Assembly (NCBI GenBank): GCA_040285745.1
Contig: JAUFOR010000004.1
Span: forward strand, 1,054,001 to 1,118,000
Length of the DNA: 64,000 nt
Direction of reading: 5' to 3'
From: Barthelona sp. PCE
Lineage: Eukaryota
A program made the translations under genes and the position numbers. Positions 9,001 to 18,000 of the stretch are shown here, one piece after another. Numbering within the stretch: position 1 is the stretch's first letter; each line of letters starts with the position of its first letter. The notes below the pieces were generated by a model. That model had not been told where the DNA came from. It made no database searches and saw nothing but the letters and a program-made list of their open reading frames with translations.

Positions 9001-11484
9001 AGCTCGTATTCTCTGTCGCCGGTAACGGTAATCAAGCCTTTACTGGGCGCGATTCTGCCTAAGAAGCTGTCGATGCTGGAGGACAAAGTCATCAAGCTGA
9101 CCGGCATCCACCTGACCGAGTTCGAGGGCTATGTGCTGCGTGCTCGGTACAAGACCACGACTGTGTATTGCCAGCTGCGTGCGGGGCTCGAGTTCGAGTG
9201 CCCGTTCATCGACCCAGGCATGTACACGATGGACCTGAGCACAACGGGCGGGCGCCTGTTCAGCAACGGTCTGGAACTGCAGGTGGAGTTGCCACGCTCT
9301 GAGCTTTGCGACACCGCGAACATACCCGAGACGAGCCGACTCTTCGAGCTCGTAATGAACATCCCGCGTGTAGTGGCGCTCAACGTCGCCCTCGACGACG
9401 CCCGTCTCACTGATGGTCAGCGCTGCGATGTGGGCTGGTCCGAGCTCCGCCGTGAAGTGGTCGACATCGACCGTGAGGCGTTCGTTACTGCAATCAGTGT
9501 TGTGCTGTACGAGCCGTGCGATGTCTCGATGGTTGCGCGAACTGCAAACGAAACATGGGTGTTCGAGCCGGCAGACATTGTTTGTGAGCAGTTTTCGAGC
9601 GGTATTATGTATCACGAGTTGTGTATCATGTTCTTCGACCATGTACGCGCGTCTTCGTTCGACATCGAGCTCGTTGGGTGCAGTGCCGTCACCGAGGTGG
9701 AGCTCTTCGGGCACTACGTCGACCAGGTCGTTGATCTCAGAGTTGTCGGCCCGATGTCTGCTTCCATAGACGCATCTTCTGTGCCGCTCGCGGTTGCGCC
9801 GCTGAACATCCTCGGGCGCCAGCTCGCTGTTGATCAGGGCGTGCTCGTGGACGGCTCGTTCGTTCCCGTCGCGAACCAGCAGCTTCTGCTGAGTGTGCCT
9901 AAAAAACACGGCCTGCAGTGCGTAACAGTCGCGTACTCAGGCGCGTCAACCAAGTTCTGCATCCTCATTCTCGCAGGTCAGGCCGAGTCGTGCGCTGTTC
10001 TCACTATCGACTCGCAGCTCGTTCCCAACACCAGCGTTCCGTTCAACGTCGAGTGCACCGATGCCTATGGAGGCGCTGCCTCCTCGGCAGTCGCGGTGGA
10101 ATGCGATGCGGGGTGCTCTTTCGAGGATAGCACTCTGATACTTGCAGAGCCAGCACGCTCAAACAACGTCACGGTTTCCAGCGGCCGCTTCACAGCAATC
10201 ACCGAACTGGAGCTCATGCCAGTTCCGTACGCGGCGCAGTTTTTCGTCGTTCGCAGCGGCATCGGGCAACCACTCGAGATCGAAGCGCACCTGACCGACT
10301 ACACTGACCAGCCCGTTGCGGATGTTGGCGACGTCGCAGTGAGCACCGATGGCGTTTTGTTGCACGAAGACTCGTGGGAAGCACACATGGGCATCGCAAT
10401 CGTTACGACACCGATCCTCAATATACCGCTGGGTTCGAATGTCACCGTTGCTATAACGGCTAACTCGACCAAAGCCACGTTTGAGCTCACAATCAGCGAC
10501 ATGGAGTGTCCCGCACACAGCATGTTCGTTGGCGACGCGTGTGTGTGCAGCCCCGGCTACACGCGCCGCGACGATGTGTGCTCCGCGTGCCCGGTGGGTG
10601 AATTCAAAACAGCGGAGGGAGATGTGCCATGTGCATCCTGTCCCTCAACAATGATCTCGCCGATCGCTGCGGTATCGCCGCTGCAGTGTCAGTGCGCAGA
10701 CAACTACCGACTGGTCGAGAGCACGTGCGTGCAGTGTCACGAGACGGTGAGCTGTGCAAACAACACCATTTCGTCTGCCATTCCGAACCACTTTTTGGAA
10801 CCGCAGGCGACTGTCGCGCTCACCTGTCCATCTCTAGAGTGTGATGGCGCAACGTGTGTCTCTGCACGCGGATTCATGTGCTCCATGTGCCCCAATGGCG
10901 AGAGTATCGGTTACGATCTGGAGTGCACAGGCACCAAATGGACACCGCTGTTCCACCACCTTCTGGCAACACTGTTGTTGGCAGTCCTCGCGTTTGCGTT
11001 TGACACTGCCACAATCGCCGCTGTTGGCGCAGCCGCGCTCACGCTTCCGTTCTTTGGGTTGCGCTTCTACGCCATCAACATTCTCACACTCAAGACTCCC
11101 ATCATTGTTCCCGTCGCGGGACTGGTAATCGCCTATGTATTGCTTTACTTTGCTCCATCGCGCATGCGCTCGATGTCAACGTTCCTCGTGTGTCACATGG
11201 CAGTTGCACTTGCTGCCCGCACACCGAGTCTGATGAGCACGTCTCTTTCACTCTCGCTGCTGTCTCCTTCGCTCTTCGCGTATGCAGCGCTGGCTGCTAC
11301 GTCCACCCACACATATCTGATGCTTCGCAGAGCCAAGCACCAGGTGGACTTCACGCCAGTTATTATAACAGCATCAGTTTTACTCCTATCGCTCGTTTGC
11401 GGCACACATATCGTCGTGTTCGGGTTCGCAGCCTTTGTCACCGCTGTTCTTGTGGGTCTGCATTTCTTCATTAAAGAACACTAG
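1..11484 (+). CDS. Giant (>3827 aa, 5'-truncated by the window) predicted cell-surface/membrane protein: long beta-strand-rich region, several IPT/TIG-like domains, Cys-rich GCC2/GCC3 (ephrin-receptor-like) repeats, C-terminal multi-pass TM region
   Basis: Uninterrupted frame from base 1 (TTG, not a true start) to TAG at 11482-11484. TIG-like motifs: PTVVSVSPVLLPTVGG, IGANFG, PLLGAILPKKLS..IKLTGIHL. Cys repeats: CSACPVGEFKTAEGDVPCASCP..QCQCADNY. Several hydrophobic helices in the last ~180 aa. Confidence 0.8.
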   Translation: MNEYYLSNVGVVKGFASNIITFNSNMHLRKVVFGEFPSGTLTFTGASHYYCVEFISSESIKCQNLKLHSVTSDTAFKSNYPVAIGGTAKIKGGSVIGSDGAKLVVTDYAKFNSFNCASCWIDIAANSAYTKTYLEYSVIVSCLHHTFRGSYTIEFSSCQTLDFGFIEVYTGASIVLKNEDNCISGGAVDHFFIQEGGLFIPDNSIDLAPNLIVTIFDGAIIHLTKSSVSLVSSNVARDVTIVLYMQTSLNVMIHGGDLRLVCAEGLDCNSNGDIAFSIQSKDSVILISDVPLSIIGYVLETDNKPSLSITGNIKNAPLNSHIFCELPSNIGFEDLNSNSATVDCVDNTLIIYGSHAVDVIARNATIYSPDCDIKTLTSYNSTITAKKVSLVDATGNLNVSTDEIGDITSTFFNLITSNDVTLLSGLKYSNTNFNITCTRQSMCHFPVSENSVITSSTIKGNNFVHFHGHNINVLDSSILIHMNVSGSSTLNGNFSNIMMYGEVEFNATIDKLWLLNSAVAKGDIHSNSVMMWAGSSMKDCSLNTGSLSKANRTKIECEYYSVDFFSDIDIVLDSGISNVDLIPNMESINSLTPNYKKNPTPVFSIDDSNVYSPDRSFRKKRGTYYHDVTINRQRRLMYRFWGNDSAILDIDDAHVFLHDVEVSIARLSETVSVRMAFDFIGILQATETYIFLDEDLVVNGSIICNGCKMFLNGFTMTISDSLRVNNANDGGVSNGFIVVETFEVRSTFRVSTTEITCTSFIVSGGEVYIEPTSFIDTEKATLNQPYFDGTVYIRASVVLTSPPIQSLSQNSTLAFRSPSLYDEIDFPSLCTVFKNIRIQGEAPIEGDLSCFSKVHLLNSTKSAVIASFARIKVCASKLTLIEGGKLIIVDYAATVSVEELVFDGINTHMVAIHPNMLKFNVDRLIVNANTILGFFNRIILHEMDINNESTLEIRSVDIILGTVRGSGLVYSISPVTVLKDVISTGLLSFDIPVSLSETTTTTYGNVQFLSPISTEFLICYDGHVQFKDTSDFDDVELHNSTFGFGIPNSIEFTVITFHTLSTLKMYIDDSQHQSYLFKIEGKVFLELSNIIEWSNSHESNNVLFIKSTIPSVILLKYTLESNGILVYDTLPNSIIYRISVETVSFTETKQLECVQDITFTFEEQEWKMLCSHSGSLENRMRYFVPSYREITMNIFINTLTVVGSGQLSTYFSTITDTYLSFTLNGVIAGGFKNTHKMSLHHHDPLHPYLKVHSMRNIIELKHFNFMNQPNVLISFCTTLITADVVEFSNHNEEQATVIMRSTTQLQTDLTFYKTNIHFIASFATFSTFTSASEPVNTIIITGNYIKLDSISVDMNTDSVVLFKKMCFKNSAEMIPEYISMLDCLVQTGETVDVQTDKMNQVDFISRGTVSISKYSNLRNVTFFASKKFVVTTNDKPTQGHVHFNIEPYGGLVIDPTSFCEYLTFDIYTGASLQIKGPVIAITDDDVLAHLFNNLDTVRIMETISDIDLTFIKHAITISTESTGALRSIVLPSDTLSVTVTQITSNYRLDIPGGYLNSFHWIGSSSKTYPVDLRADSSFTESPAFYASTSRKNCARITRSTSSGEFQSNHMYQHFKEENQQLVAYSTISGTSKKAICDDNYVFYLENIIFTHIRHENCNGMFFILKNAEMRDNYFLFPYVSAFAGSKINLPSYTVFTSTGMRLPFAHPHSYLKQYQQSENDMFIYQMSTMSLWGARIELNRLTINVDSPPISLGFQLLGNELQINCTGCNLHLAFPSEIVRDLGDYSQLVLGTIIEGIVPDYYDNTLFLYETTLVNMDTYMFDGIQTPASHSFISNAEISHALDMYLTCDTCSIISSSVSGTITGTTSLDQTTFIGLGEDATITALDSTVTAHIRNSEIFGSTYNATCDDCSGTASGTFNITSSVSNIVLDGDIRILTYCGENDCTVSGTVVVSGGGKVNVCGDSLIHIESNTVINSSTDELITVMQHSGSLTLENTKSLRFYGPFDSIFQNVTYKSPVLISTDLESINSESYVFLSQDISPVEMIGSGVLFGHIDGNVSVLLSQKELTENDMMFAFPHAFLPVNETDSYGYFRTSMMTGISLSNCSRVSFSRTGTFVVFCNFTTKQKYFLDSFNFAINDACGSYQMIPISFVDNVFKQFEFEFTIGKFLHKPSFGYVEAISGEYTQLISISVGPITLQNTANIVDKGDEVTIYGTNIINDDECFEYTGSFFGNVHQLTVTSSSLTLVLPPFYGWNHSVTVFDFGIEMGIFCCVSAVEPVLTSVTLSESEIRLGGSFLDLSDFSSGDFTVSLSEHTFSSSSNDVTWTPSLISLHSALTLFCALDEVHVTINYNGYIYDLGSVTLRNPRIISSLSVNFNHLPSIAAFALDLSYNPMCDIFVSYSHDYHVLHHHMSPNGTILNFAINNLVSDLHVSVFQRVLQISPPAPTVVSVSPVLLPTVGGVVEYIGDYLGDSLFPHFTVDRSSFGTIHFVSRKRVTVLVPEGTGAVLPIDMNTSGRSWNAEALSYLPPVLYPPVIGACYTSLRVPLIGANFGPAGTEATARFTYNDWTPSIPVFVLGHRSALAILPPGPDDLCSNPALLETADIRFDVSVGGQTSYSIPAQYSVFPSVEPNNVPCARFASSVTLRVDMSSTGMIPEPRIRLSSDIHISVHTCALDGYLLTCVVPGLVSAEYTGSVQIAGHSEWIALSGRVYAFDVPNQRFIIPIGQEHPVSVKLSHVHTSAIGVSYDGNAMITNTTDEGVAFAHAFSQSGSGIVVTVGDFSVEPSIVFDAVSVDPQTFYMPYGAPYRVSVAATGLHMCRSLVVQVQGIVFLGSFNGATLESDVHVLKTGWSSMHAFCDDVQLYVGEARVFTLDASEIHAFDDAPFSATLCGIGLPPLSLGVCASEACGDCWCFVECVTESLALDPIGIDIPLTRVARPEFSQILWPYGVDHQAKLEPKNPIHSSVSFAMENITFAPSDLALLLGGALYGNTSMRVATPASSYSLSPVTVIKPLLGAILPKKLSMLEDKVIKLTGIHLTEFEGYVLRARYKTTTVYCQLRAGLEFECPFIDPGMYTMDLSTTGGRLFSNGLELQVELPRSELCDTANIPETSRLFELVMNIPRVVALNVALDDARLTDGQRCDVGWSELRREVVDIDREAFVTAISVVLYEPCDVSMVARTANETWVFEPADIVCEQFSSGIMYHELCIMFFDHVRASSFDIELVGCSAVTEVELFGHYVDQVVDLRVVGPMSASIDASSVPLAVAPLNILGRQLAVDQGVLVDGSFVPVANQQLLLSVPKKHGLQCVTVAYSGASTKFCILILAGQAESCAVLTIDSQLVPNTSVPFNVECTDAYGGAASSAVAVECDAGCSFEDSTLILAEPARSNNVTVSSGRFTAITELELMPVPYAAQFFVVRSGIGQPLEIEAHLTDYTDQPVADVGDVAVSTDGVLLHEDSWEAHMGIAIVTTPILNIPLGSNVTVAITANSTKATFELTISDMECPAHSMFVGDACVCSPGYTRRDDVCSACPVGEFKTAEGDVPCASCPSTMISPIAAVSPLQCQCADNYRLVESTCVQCHETVSCANNTISSAIPNHFLEPQATVALTCPSLECDGATCVSARGFMCSMCPNGESIGYDLECTGTKWTPLFHHLLATLLLAVLAFAFDTATIAAVGAAALTLPFFGLRFYAINILTLKTPIIVPVAGLVIAYVLLYFAPSRMRSMSTFLVCHMAVALAARTPSLMSTSLSLSLLSPSLFAYAALAATSTHTYLMLRRAKHQVDFTPVIITASVLLLSLVCGTHIVVFGFAAFVTAVLVGLHFFIKEH

Positions 11485-12304
11485 GTTCAATCTCATTACA
11501 AACAATAAAAGACATGTGAATATTCAAATTTCGATTTCGGAAAAAACCATTATTAACTTCAAATTTAACACCAATAAATCTCGTTGCTGGCACGTTATCA
11601 AGCACCCTAAGCCCCTCTGACATTGACACAACACCTTCACATTGATGTCTATGTGTATCTGTATCGAAAACCACCTTAACAAAAATCAAAGGAGAAAATA
11701 AATTCGTTGCTTGAAGATATAGATTAACAAATGACCCCATTGCTGAGGTTCGTGTGTACATTTTCATTAAAAAGGAACATTTTCTGTAAGTAAACTCACC
11801 ACTTCTGAATCCAGAACGCTTTTCTTCACGAATTTGTCTTGAAAAGTCTTTAATACCCCAACAAACGTCGAAATCTGATCCATAAAGCGACGGAGTATAG
11901 TGAGTTAAAGCACTGATTGGAGACGGAGATGGTGGACAACAATCTATACATAACAAAGGAGATTGCTCAACATCACTCAGTTCAATAACGTTTCTTAACT
12001 CGTTCATGACATTATCATGTATATGAAATGGATTCACGGGAATTGCAACTCCGCAAATCTTATTGTGAGTCGAAAAATTAGAAAGTGCAACATTTTTGGA
12101 ACATTTTGAACATTTAATCAACGGAGATTCACGAAAAAACAATTGTTTGCGCCTCAGAGGTGTGAATTTAGCCCCGCAACCATGGTCTATGATGCAAATA
12201 TTACATAAAATGGCATCACAAGCCAAACAACTATGCCCTACTTGAGTAATTTGCCCACCGCATCCCTGGCATCGGTTTTCAACCGGCAAAGACATGAGTT
12301 CCAT
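11471..12304 (-). CDS. TRAF/SINA-like protein: N-terminal Cys/His zinc fingers plus C-terminal MATH-like domain
   Basis: CxxC..CxxC..CxxC cluster, then CSKCSKNV..FSTHNKIC (TRAF-type finger), then WGIKDFS..FRSGEF..FLMKMY..VNLYLQ (MATH-like). Overlaps the giant ORF's 3' end by 14 bp. Confidence 0.6.
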   Translation of the reverse strand: MELMSLPVENRCQGCGGQITQVGHSCLACDAILCNICIIDHGCGAKFTPLRRKQLFFRESPLIKCSKCSKNVALSNFSTHNKICGVAIPVNPFHIHDNVMNELRNVIELSDVEQSPLLCIDCCPPSPSPISALTHYTPSLYGSDFDVCWGIKDFSRQIREEKRSGFRSGEFTYRKCSFLMKMYTRTSAMGSFVNLYLQATNLFSPLIFVKVVFDTDTHRHQCEGVVSMSEGLRVLDNVPATRFIGVKFEVNNGFFRNRNLNIHMSFIVCNEIEPSVL

Positions 12305-12733
12305 TGCGAAAAGGTGGAAAAACAGACTTACGAAGTTTTTTAAAAAACGATTTCAGTACGATTTTTTCAAGCTTCCCATGTGCCTACATCCGCCTGCATT
12401 TGTTTATTTTGATCTATAACAATAACATTACAGAATTTGACCGGCAATAAACACCTTTCAAGAAATTATTCCTGATGCTGGGTATTCCCTCTAAGATATG
12501 CCGACAAAGCCGAGCTACACTCCGCTCTTTCTGCGTTCATCACATTGATATTGAGTTACCTAGAATATCAATTGCTGTTCATAGTATGCAGGGTCACTTT
12601 ATGTTCTTGAAGCGGTAAATTTTGAGCATACAGGACATTACTATTCCAAGAACAGTATTTTGATGTTGTAAATTAGAAGAAATACAGTTAGTTAGGTTGT
12701 AACAAAGTTTCTCACCCTATTCGTTGTTCTTTA

Positions 12734-14959
12734 CTAACATATAGCACCTCTGAGAGACTTTTTGTCCTCGTCTGACAATCCACTGAGAAGATCCTTGATC
12801 GATGAAACCACTCCATTAAGCGCTGCTTGTAAGGTAAGCTTGACCGATGATAACAGTACAATTCGAAGCGGATCTTCCTTGCTATCCATAACACCACGCA
12901 TACGGATGCTGACTCCATGAGCCTGTTCTAACTGCTTCAGGTTACCCCTGTTCAACAATCGACGACGTACAGTAACTGGTAATTCAACAACAGGAATACT
13001 ACCTTCAAAACCATCATTGGTAGAAATAATCTCATGCTCGACGACATCATCCTCCGTCTGGTGCTCTCTGCGCATCGCTGACGTATCTTCTTTGGCTTTG
13101 GAAAATTTAAAACTACGTCCACGTAAACGTTTCGCAACCTTCAGTGATGGATGTTTATCACCCACTCTCTCCACGAACTTGTCGTATAGGGCCTGCACGC
13201 TGCTGTCAATTGCAGTATCACTCTCGTTCATCATATATATTAAAAAGGGTGTGTGCCGATCATCAGCATCAGTTATAAGTGTAACTGCCTCACCTGATCT
13301 ATTTCCACGGCCTGTTCTTCCCACGCGGTGCACATACATCTCAGCGTGGTTAGGACAATCGTAATTAATGATGAAACCAATAGAAGGAACATCAATTCCA
13401 CGACCAGCAACGCTTGTAGCAATAAGAATATTTGCAGTCGTCCTGAACGCGTCCATGTTGATGGATCTGTCTGACTGGTCCATTGCAGCATGTACAGCGA
13501 CAGGATCATAACCAGAAGCTAACATTGCAGAGAAAAGTGCATCTACCTCACCAATAGTCTCGCAAAAAACAACTGCCTTCTTATCAGGGTTGGCGTAAAA
13601 AAACACGCCCAACTCCTTCAACACATGGTCGAGTTTCGATTCTTCTTCACCAACATAAACAACACGTTGTTTGATCTTAGGGTTCACCCGTAAACGTTGA
13701 CCACATAACACCGTGATATGATCAGTCAAATAGGAATGGATCAGCTGCTCCATTGGCGTTGACATTGTTGCTGAAAAAAGAACGCGTTGAGAATGGGGGT
13801 GCAGACCGCGAAATATCATTGTCATTTGTTTTTCAAAACCACGATCAAACATTTGATCAGCCTCGTCCAGGACACACAGGCAGACGTCCCTGAGGGATGT
13901 GAGACGTCCATTGTTCTTTGTGACAATATCAATTAATCTTCCGGGTGTTGCCACGATTATGTCTACTCCTTTGGCTACTGTGCTAATTTGAGGCCGTTGA
14001 TCGACCCCACCCACCAATAACGCGCCACGGAGATGTGTAGCCTCAAGAAAATTTGCCATCACATCATATACCTGCTCACATAGTTCACGACTTGGCAACA
14101 AAATTAAAACACTAGCGTTACTATCCGCAGCAGTTCTTCTTCCAACCCGAGCATGCATCAGGGCGGGAATCACGAAAGCAAGGGTTTTTCCTGATCCTGT
14201 TGGTGCAACACTAACAACATTACGACCCTTCAAGATAATTGGAATGGACTGAGACTGGATAGCAAAGGGTTCTTTAAATTTCTGTTTCTGAAGGATACGA
14301 AGGATGCCGTGAGTAAGTCCCATGCCCTCCCAAGTTGGTTGTGGTGAAGGAATATCGTCACCAATAAAACTGAAATTTTCAGAAAACAATTCTGCACGTA
14401 CTATTGCTGCTTCTTCCTCTGACACCTCGTTTTCCGGGGTGTATATGTCCAAATCAAGCTTTGAAGTTGATCCAACATACACTGGAATTTCTTTTTTGCT
14501 TCCTTTAAGACTGTTTAAAAGTGTTCCAACGGTCATTATACTGTTGGTTCCGCTCAAAGACTTGAGTTCGTTACTGAAAAGCTCCTTTGTTCCCTCATTC
14601 TTCTCAACATCACGCGCAGAAAAGAAATCATCAAGTTTCTTTGCACTGCTCCCGTTGATGAGTGCCGACGCCACAACAGATGGCTGCGATGGCGCAGGCA
14701 AACTCACAACATTGCTTGATGCAATGGAAAATGAGGAAGTTTTCTTCTTTCTTCGAGATTTGGATATATTCTGGATATTAGACTTCAGTTTGCTCAAAAG
14801 ATTCATACCTTCACCACTTTTTGGTGTTTCTATTCTCTGTTCCTTATTAGAATTGTGATCTTGCAAATTTTGATTGTCACTCGCCCTCCGTTTGTGCTTT
14901 TGTGTATGATCAAAATGGCCCTCTTCCGATCCAATATAACTTGAACCGTTTTTTAGCAT
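12734..14959 (-). CDS. DDX46: DEAD-box RNA helicase, Prp5/DDX46-like, with C-terminal KH-like region
   Basis: Q motif (PFAIQSQSIP), APTGSGKTLAF, PSREL, TPGRLID..NNGRLTSLR, DEADQMFD (DEAD motif), FSAT, YVHRVGRTGR. C-terminal LKQLEQAHGVSIRMRG. Confidence 0.8.
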   Translation of the reverse strand: MLKNGSSYIGSEEGHFDHTQKHKRRASDNQNLQDHNSNKEQRIETPKSGEGMNLLSKLKSNIQNISKSRRKKKTSSFSIASSNVVSLPAPSQPSVVASALINGSSAKKLDDFFSARDVEKNEGTKELFSNELKSLSGTNSIMTVGTLLNSLKGSKKEIPVYVGSTSKLDLDIYTPENEVSEEEAAIVRAELFSENFSFIGDDIPSPQPTWEGMGLTHGILRILQKQKFKEPFAIQSQSIPIILKGRNVVSVAPTGSGKTLAFVIPALMHARVGRRTAADSNASVLILLPSRELCEQVYDVMANFLEATHLRGALLVGGVDQRPQISTVAKGVDIIVATPGRLIDIVTKNNGRLTSLRDVCLCVLDEADQMFDRGFEKQMTMIFRGLHPHSQRVLFSATMSTPMEQLIHSYLTDHITVLCGQRLRVNPKIKQRVVYVGEEESKLDHVLKELGVFFYANPDKKAVVFCETIGEVDALFSAMLASGYDPVAVHAAMDQSDRSINMDAFRTTANILIATSVAGRGIDVPSIGFIINYDCPNHAEMYVHRVGRTGRGNRSGEAVTLITDADDRHTPFLIYMMNESDTAIDSSVQALYDKFVERVGDKHPSLKVAKRLRGRSFKFSKAKEDTSAMRREHQTEDDVVEHEIISTNDGFEGSIPVVELPVTVRRRLLNRGNLKQLEQAHGVSIRMRGVMDSKEDPLRIVLLSSVKLTLQAALNGVVSSIKDLLSGLSDEDKKSLRGAIC

Positions 14960-15093
14960 TACTACAACATTGTAAAGCGTAGAAAAGTGTTAAGCGGAAC
15001 TTTCATTTTAAGGAAAAGTTTGACATCTGTATATACAGTGAGACTAATAATTTGAGACACTGTATTGACACATTTTGCCATATAATTATTTCT

Positions 15094-18000
15094 TTATTCT
15101 TCTTCTATAGCTTCTTCTTCAACTATTTCTTCAACAGCTTCTTCTTCTTCAACAGCTCCTTTCTGTTCTTCCTCGAGTACTTCTTCAGTGGTTACTTCGG
15201 GTTCAATGGCTGGAAACTCCTGTTCTTCAGTTAACTCTTCATTAGTTTCTCTTTTCGGTTCCAAATAATCGTCAGGACGAATAGAAACTGTCTTTGTCAT
15301 ATCATCTGTCTTGTAAACACCAATCAAACGATTAGCAAGTTCAAACATGTTATTACGTAAAGAAACAACGATAAACTGTGCATGTTGTGTTTTCTCAACA
15401 AGATAATTCGCAACAATGGAAACATTACGGAAATCGAGTGCAGCGTCAATCTCGTCCATTACATAAAGTGGATTAGGTCTATAAGAATGTAATGCAAAGA
15501 TAAGTGCTAAGGAAGCTAATGTTTTCTCTCCACCTGAAAGATTGACAATTTTCTTCCAAGATTTCTTGGGTGGACGGACAGTAAAGTCAATGCCTTCGCT
15601 GAAAGGATCTAATCGATCACGACGTTCAAGCTCTGCATCACCACCTAACGTTAATGTTTGATACAACTCACGAAGTTTCGCTTTAATCTCCAAGAATCCG
15701 TCCAAGAATATTTTATGACGTGTCAGACGTAGCTGCTCCAATTTTGATGCCATTGTACTTGTGATATTATAAAAAGAGTCATACCTTTCCTGGAATTGCA
15801 TGTAATCACGATAAGCAGCACGATACAACTTTAAAACATTGAGATCAACGTCAGTCATGGCCTCAAACATTGTCTTTGACTTTGCAATGGTCTTCTTCAA
15901 CTCTGCTTGGAATTCTTCAATGTCTGCTTCATCCATCTCACCGAAGGACTTCGCCGTGATCCAATTCTCATCTTCCTCCATGTGCTGCTTCATGATATCA
16001 ATAGCCTTGTCCCTGTCCTCAGCCAACGTGGGGATCTCTGGATTAAGAAAACTGTTTAACTGACAGATGCCTTCTGAGCAACGCAAATTAGTTTGCTTAA
16101 TCTCGCTCAAAACCTGGCTCACCTTCTTCATGCGCGTTGTTTCCTCGCTGCGGCGATCTTTGATGGCCTTTAATACAGCTTCTAGTTTCTTGATCTCATT
16201 CTTCACGTGATCAAAATGTTCTTCCATCTCGTCATGCAACAGTCCAAACTCCCTGTCCTTGGCCTGTAGCGCCTCAAGCGTCTCACTCAACTTGCTAACA
16301 ACAGAGTTTGCCTTCTCATATTTGGCAACAGTACCAGCACGTTTCTTACGAGCTTCCTCCAGTTTAAGCAAACCATCATCAATCCTCTGTTGAAATGAAC
16401 TAATGTACTCGTTGAGCTGAATCAACTGCTTCTTTTGTTCCTTAAGGTTCTGAGATACAGCCTCATATCTCTTGTTCATTGTGTCACGACGATCAATTAA
16501 GATTTGAATTTCATGACCACCAAGACGTATATACTCCTGTTGCAGTTCTAATTTACGGTTTTCTGCTTCCTGGTACTCATTCTCTGACTTCTTCAGCTTC
16601 TTTTGAACCTTACCCAGTTTCTTTTCCGCTGCTGTAAGCATTTTCTCATTGTTACGCATATCGGACTCATTCACGCCCAAGAGACGAATATTTTTTTCGC
16701 ATACAAACATGTTCTCAACTAAAACTTCATTCTTCTTTCTGAGATCACTCATGATTAATCCCTTACTTTTGACTTGTTCATGGATTTCCTTGAGGATTTC
16801 CTGTATTGACTGCACTTGTAAATCACACTCATCAATTGTTTGGCTTGCAGAAGCTTTTTGATTAACAATGCGCTTTATCTTCTTATTCAACGAGGCTAAG
16901 GATGGCCCCTTCTTGTGACGGTTGCTCTTATTATTACCACCGCCTACAGTCATTGCACCGAGTGTATCGCACAGAACACCATCAAGTGTGACAGCCTTGA
17001 CACGACGGTTCTTAAAAAAGGATCCAACAGAGCATGCATGGGCTTCTTCCGTTGTATCACAGACGTGGATATCCTTTAAGACGTCGAAGAATGCTCCCTT
17101 TGCGAATTCATTTTCTGCATTGAAAATCAAACAATCGTACAGTCTCTTGACCGAAGCATTCATGTCCACCTCTTGTTGGTTAAGCCTTTTGCCATACAAC
17201 TGAGTGGAAAAAGACGGGACAAAACAAGAAAAGCCACGAGGTACAGAATTACGATTAGTTTGACGTTGAGAACGAACAAAATTATTTATGTTCTTTGCTA
17301 CTTCATTACTTGCAACCAATAGAGTGTTGAGTTGACCACCAAAAGCACTTACGATAGCAGTCTCATATTTAGGATCAAACTCCACAAACTCCATTATGTG
17401 ACCGATTACTCCCTCTGAGAAATGAATGGCGCACTTCTCATAGAATGAACTTGAGGCGACTGAGTCAATCTGTCTCTGGATATTATCCTCCTCTATTGAC
17501 AGTCGTTGGAGATCTTTCCTTGATTCATTACATTTACCCACAATAGTCTTTGCTTCAGCTTGCATACGTTTTTTCTTTTCCTCAAGCAATTCCTTCTCCT
17601 CTTTCACTTCGTCGTATTCCTTGATTACCTTGTTCAGTTGCTCCTGATACTGTGCTTTCCTGTCAATGCTCTCTTGAAGATCACTGTCACTAACATTCAC
17701 AATGTTGTGCAGAGATTTAATCTCCTGATTCAACGTGCTTTCCTGTACCTTGAGCTCGTTACGTGACTCGTTAAGCTGCAAAGTATCCATTTGTAACTGA
17801 CCAAGTGCTTTACGTACCTCAATTGCTTCATCTGACAACTCTGCTGTCTTCTCGTCAATCTGAGAATTACACAACTGGATCTTCTCACTGATTTCTGTCT
17901 GTTCTTCAACTAATTCGGCATGAGTTTCTTCAATGATACCAACAGAACGTGCTTTATCCTGCATCTCAATCTCAGTTCCTCTAATACTATCCTTCATCTT

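Noticed and set aside
7522-11474. Many overlapping 60-290-aa ORFs on both strands
   Set aside because: Expected from stop-codon scarcity in the GC-rich part of the giant ORF.
12361-12710. Intergenic stretch with a TTGATATT..AATATCAA hairpin and, on the - strand, GTGTAG and GTGATGA motifs (snRNA/snoRNA-like)
   Set aside because: Motif order does not match U2 and no well-placed box D was found. An Infernal/Rfam search would be needed.
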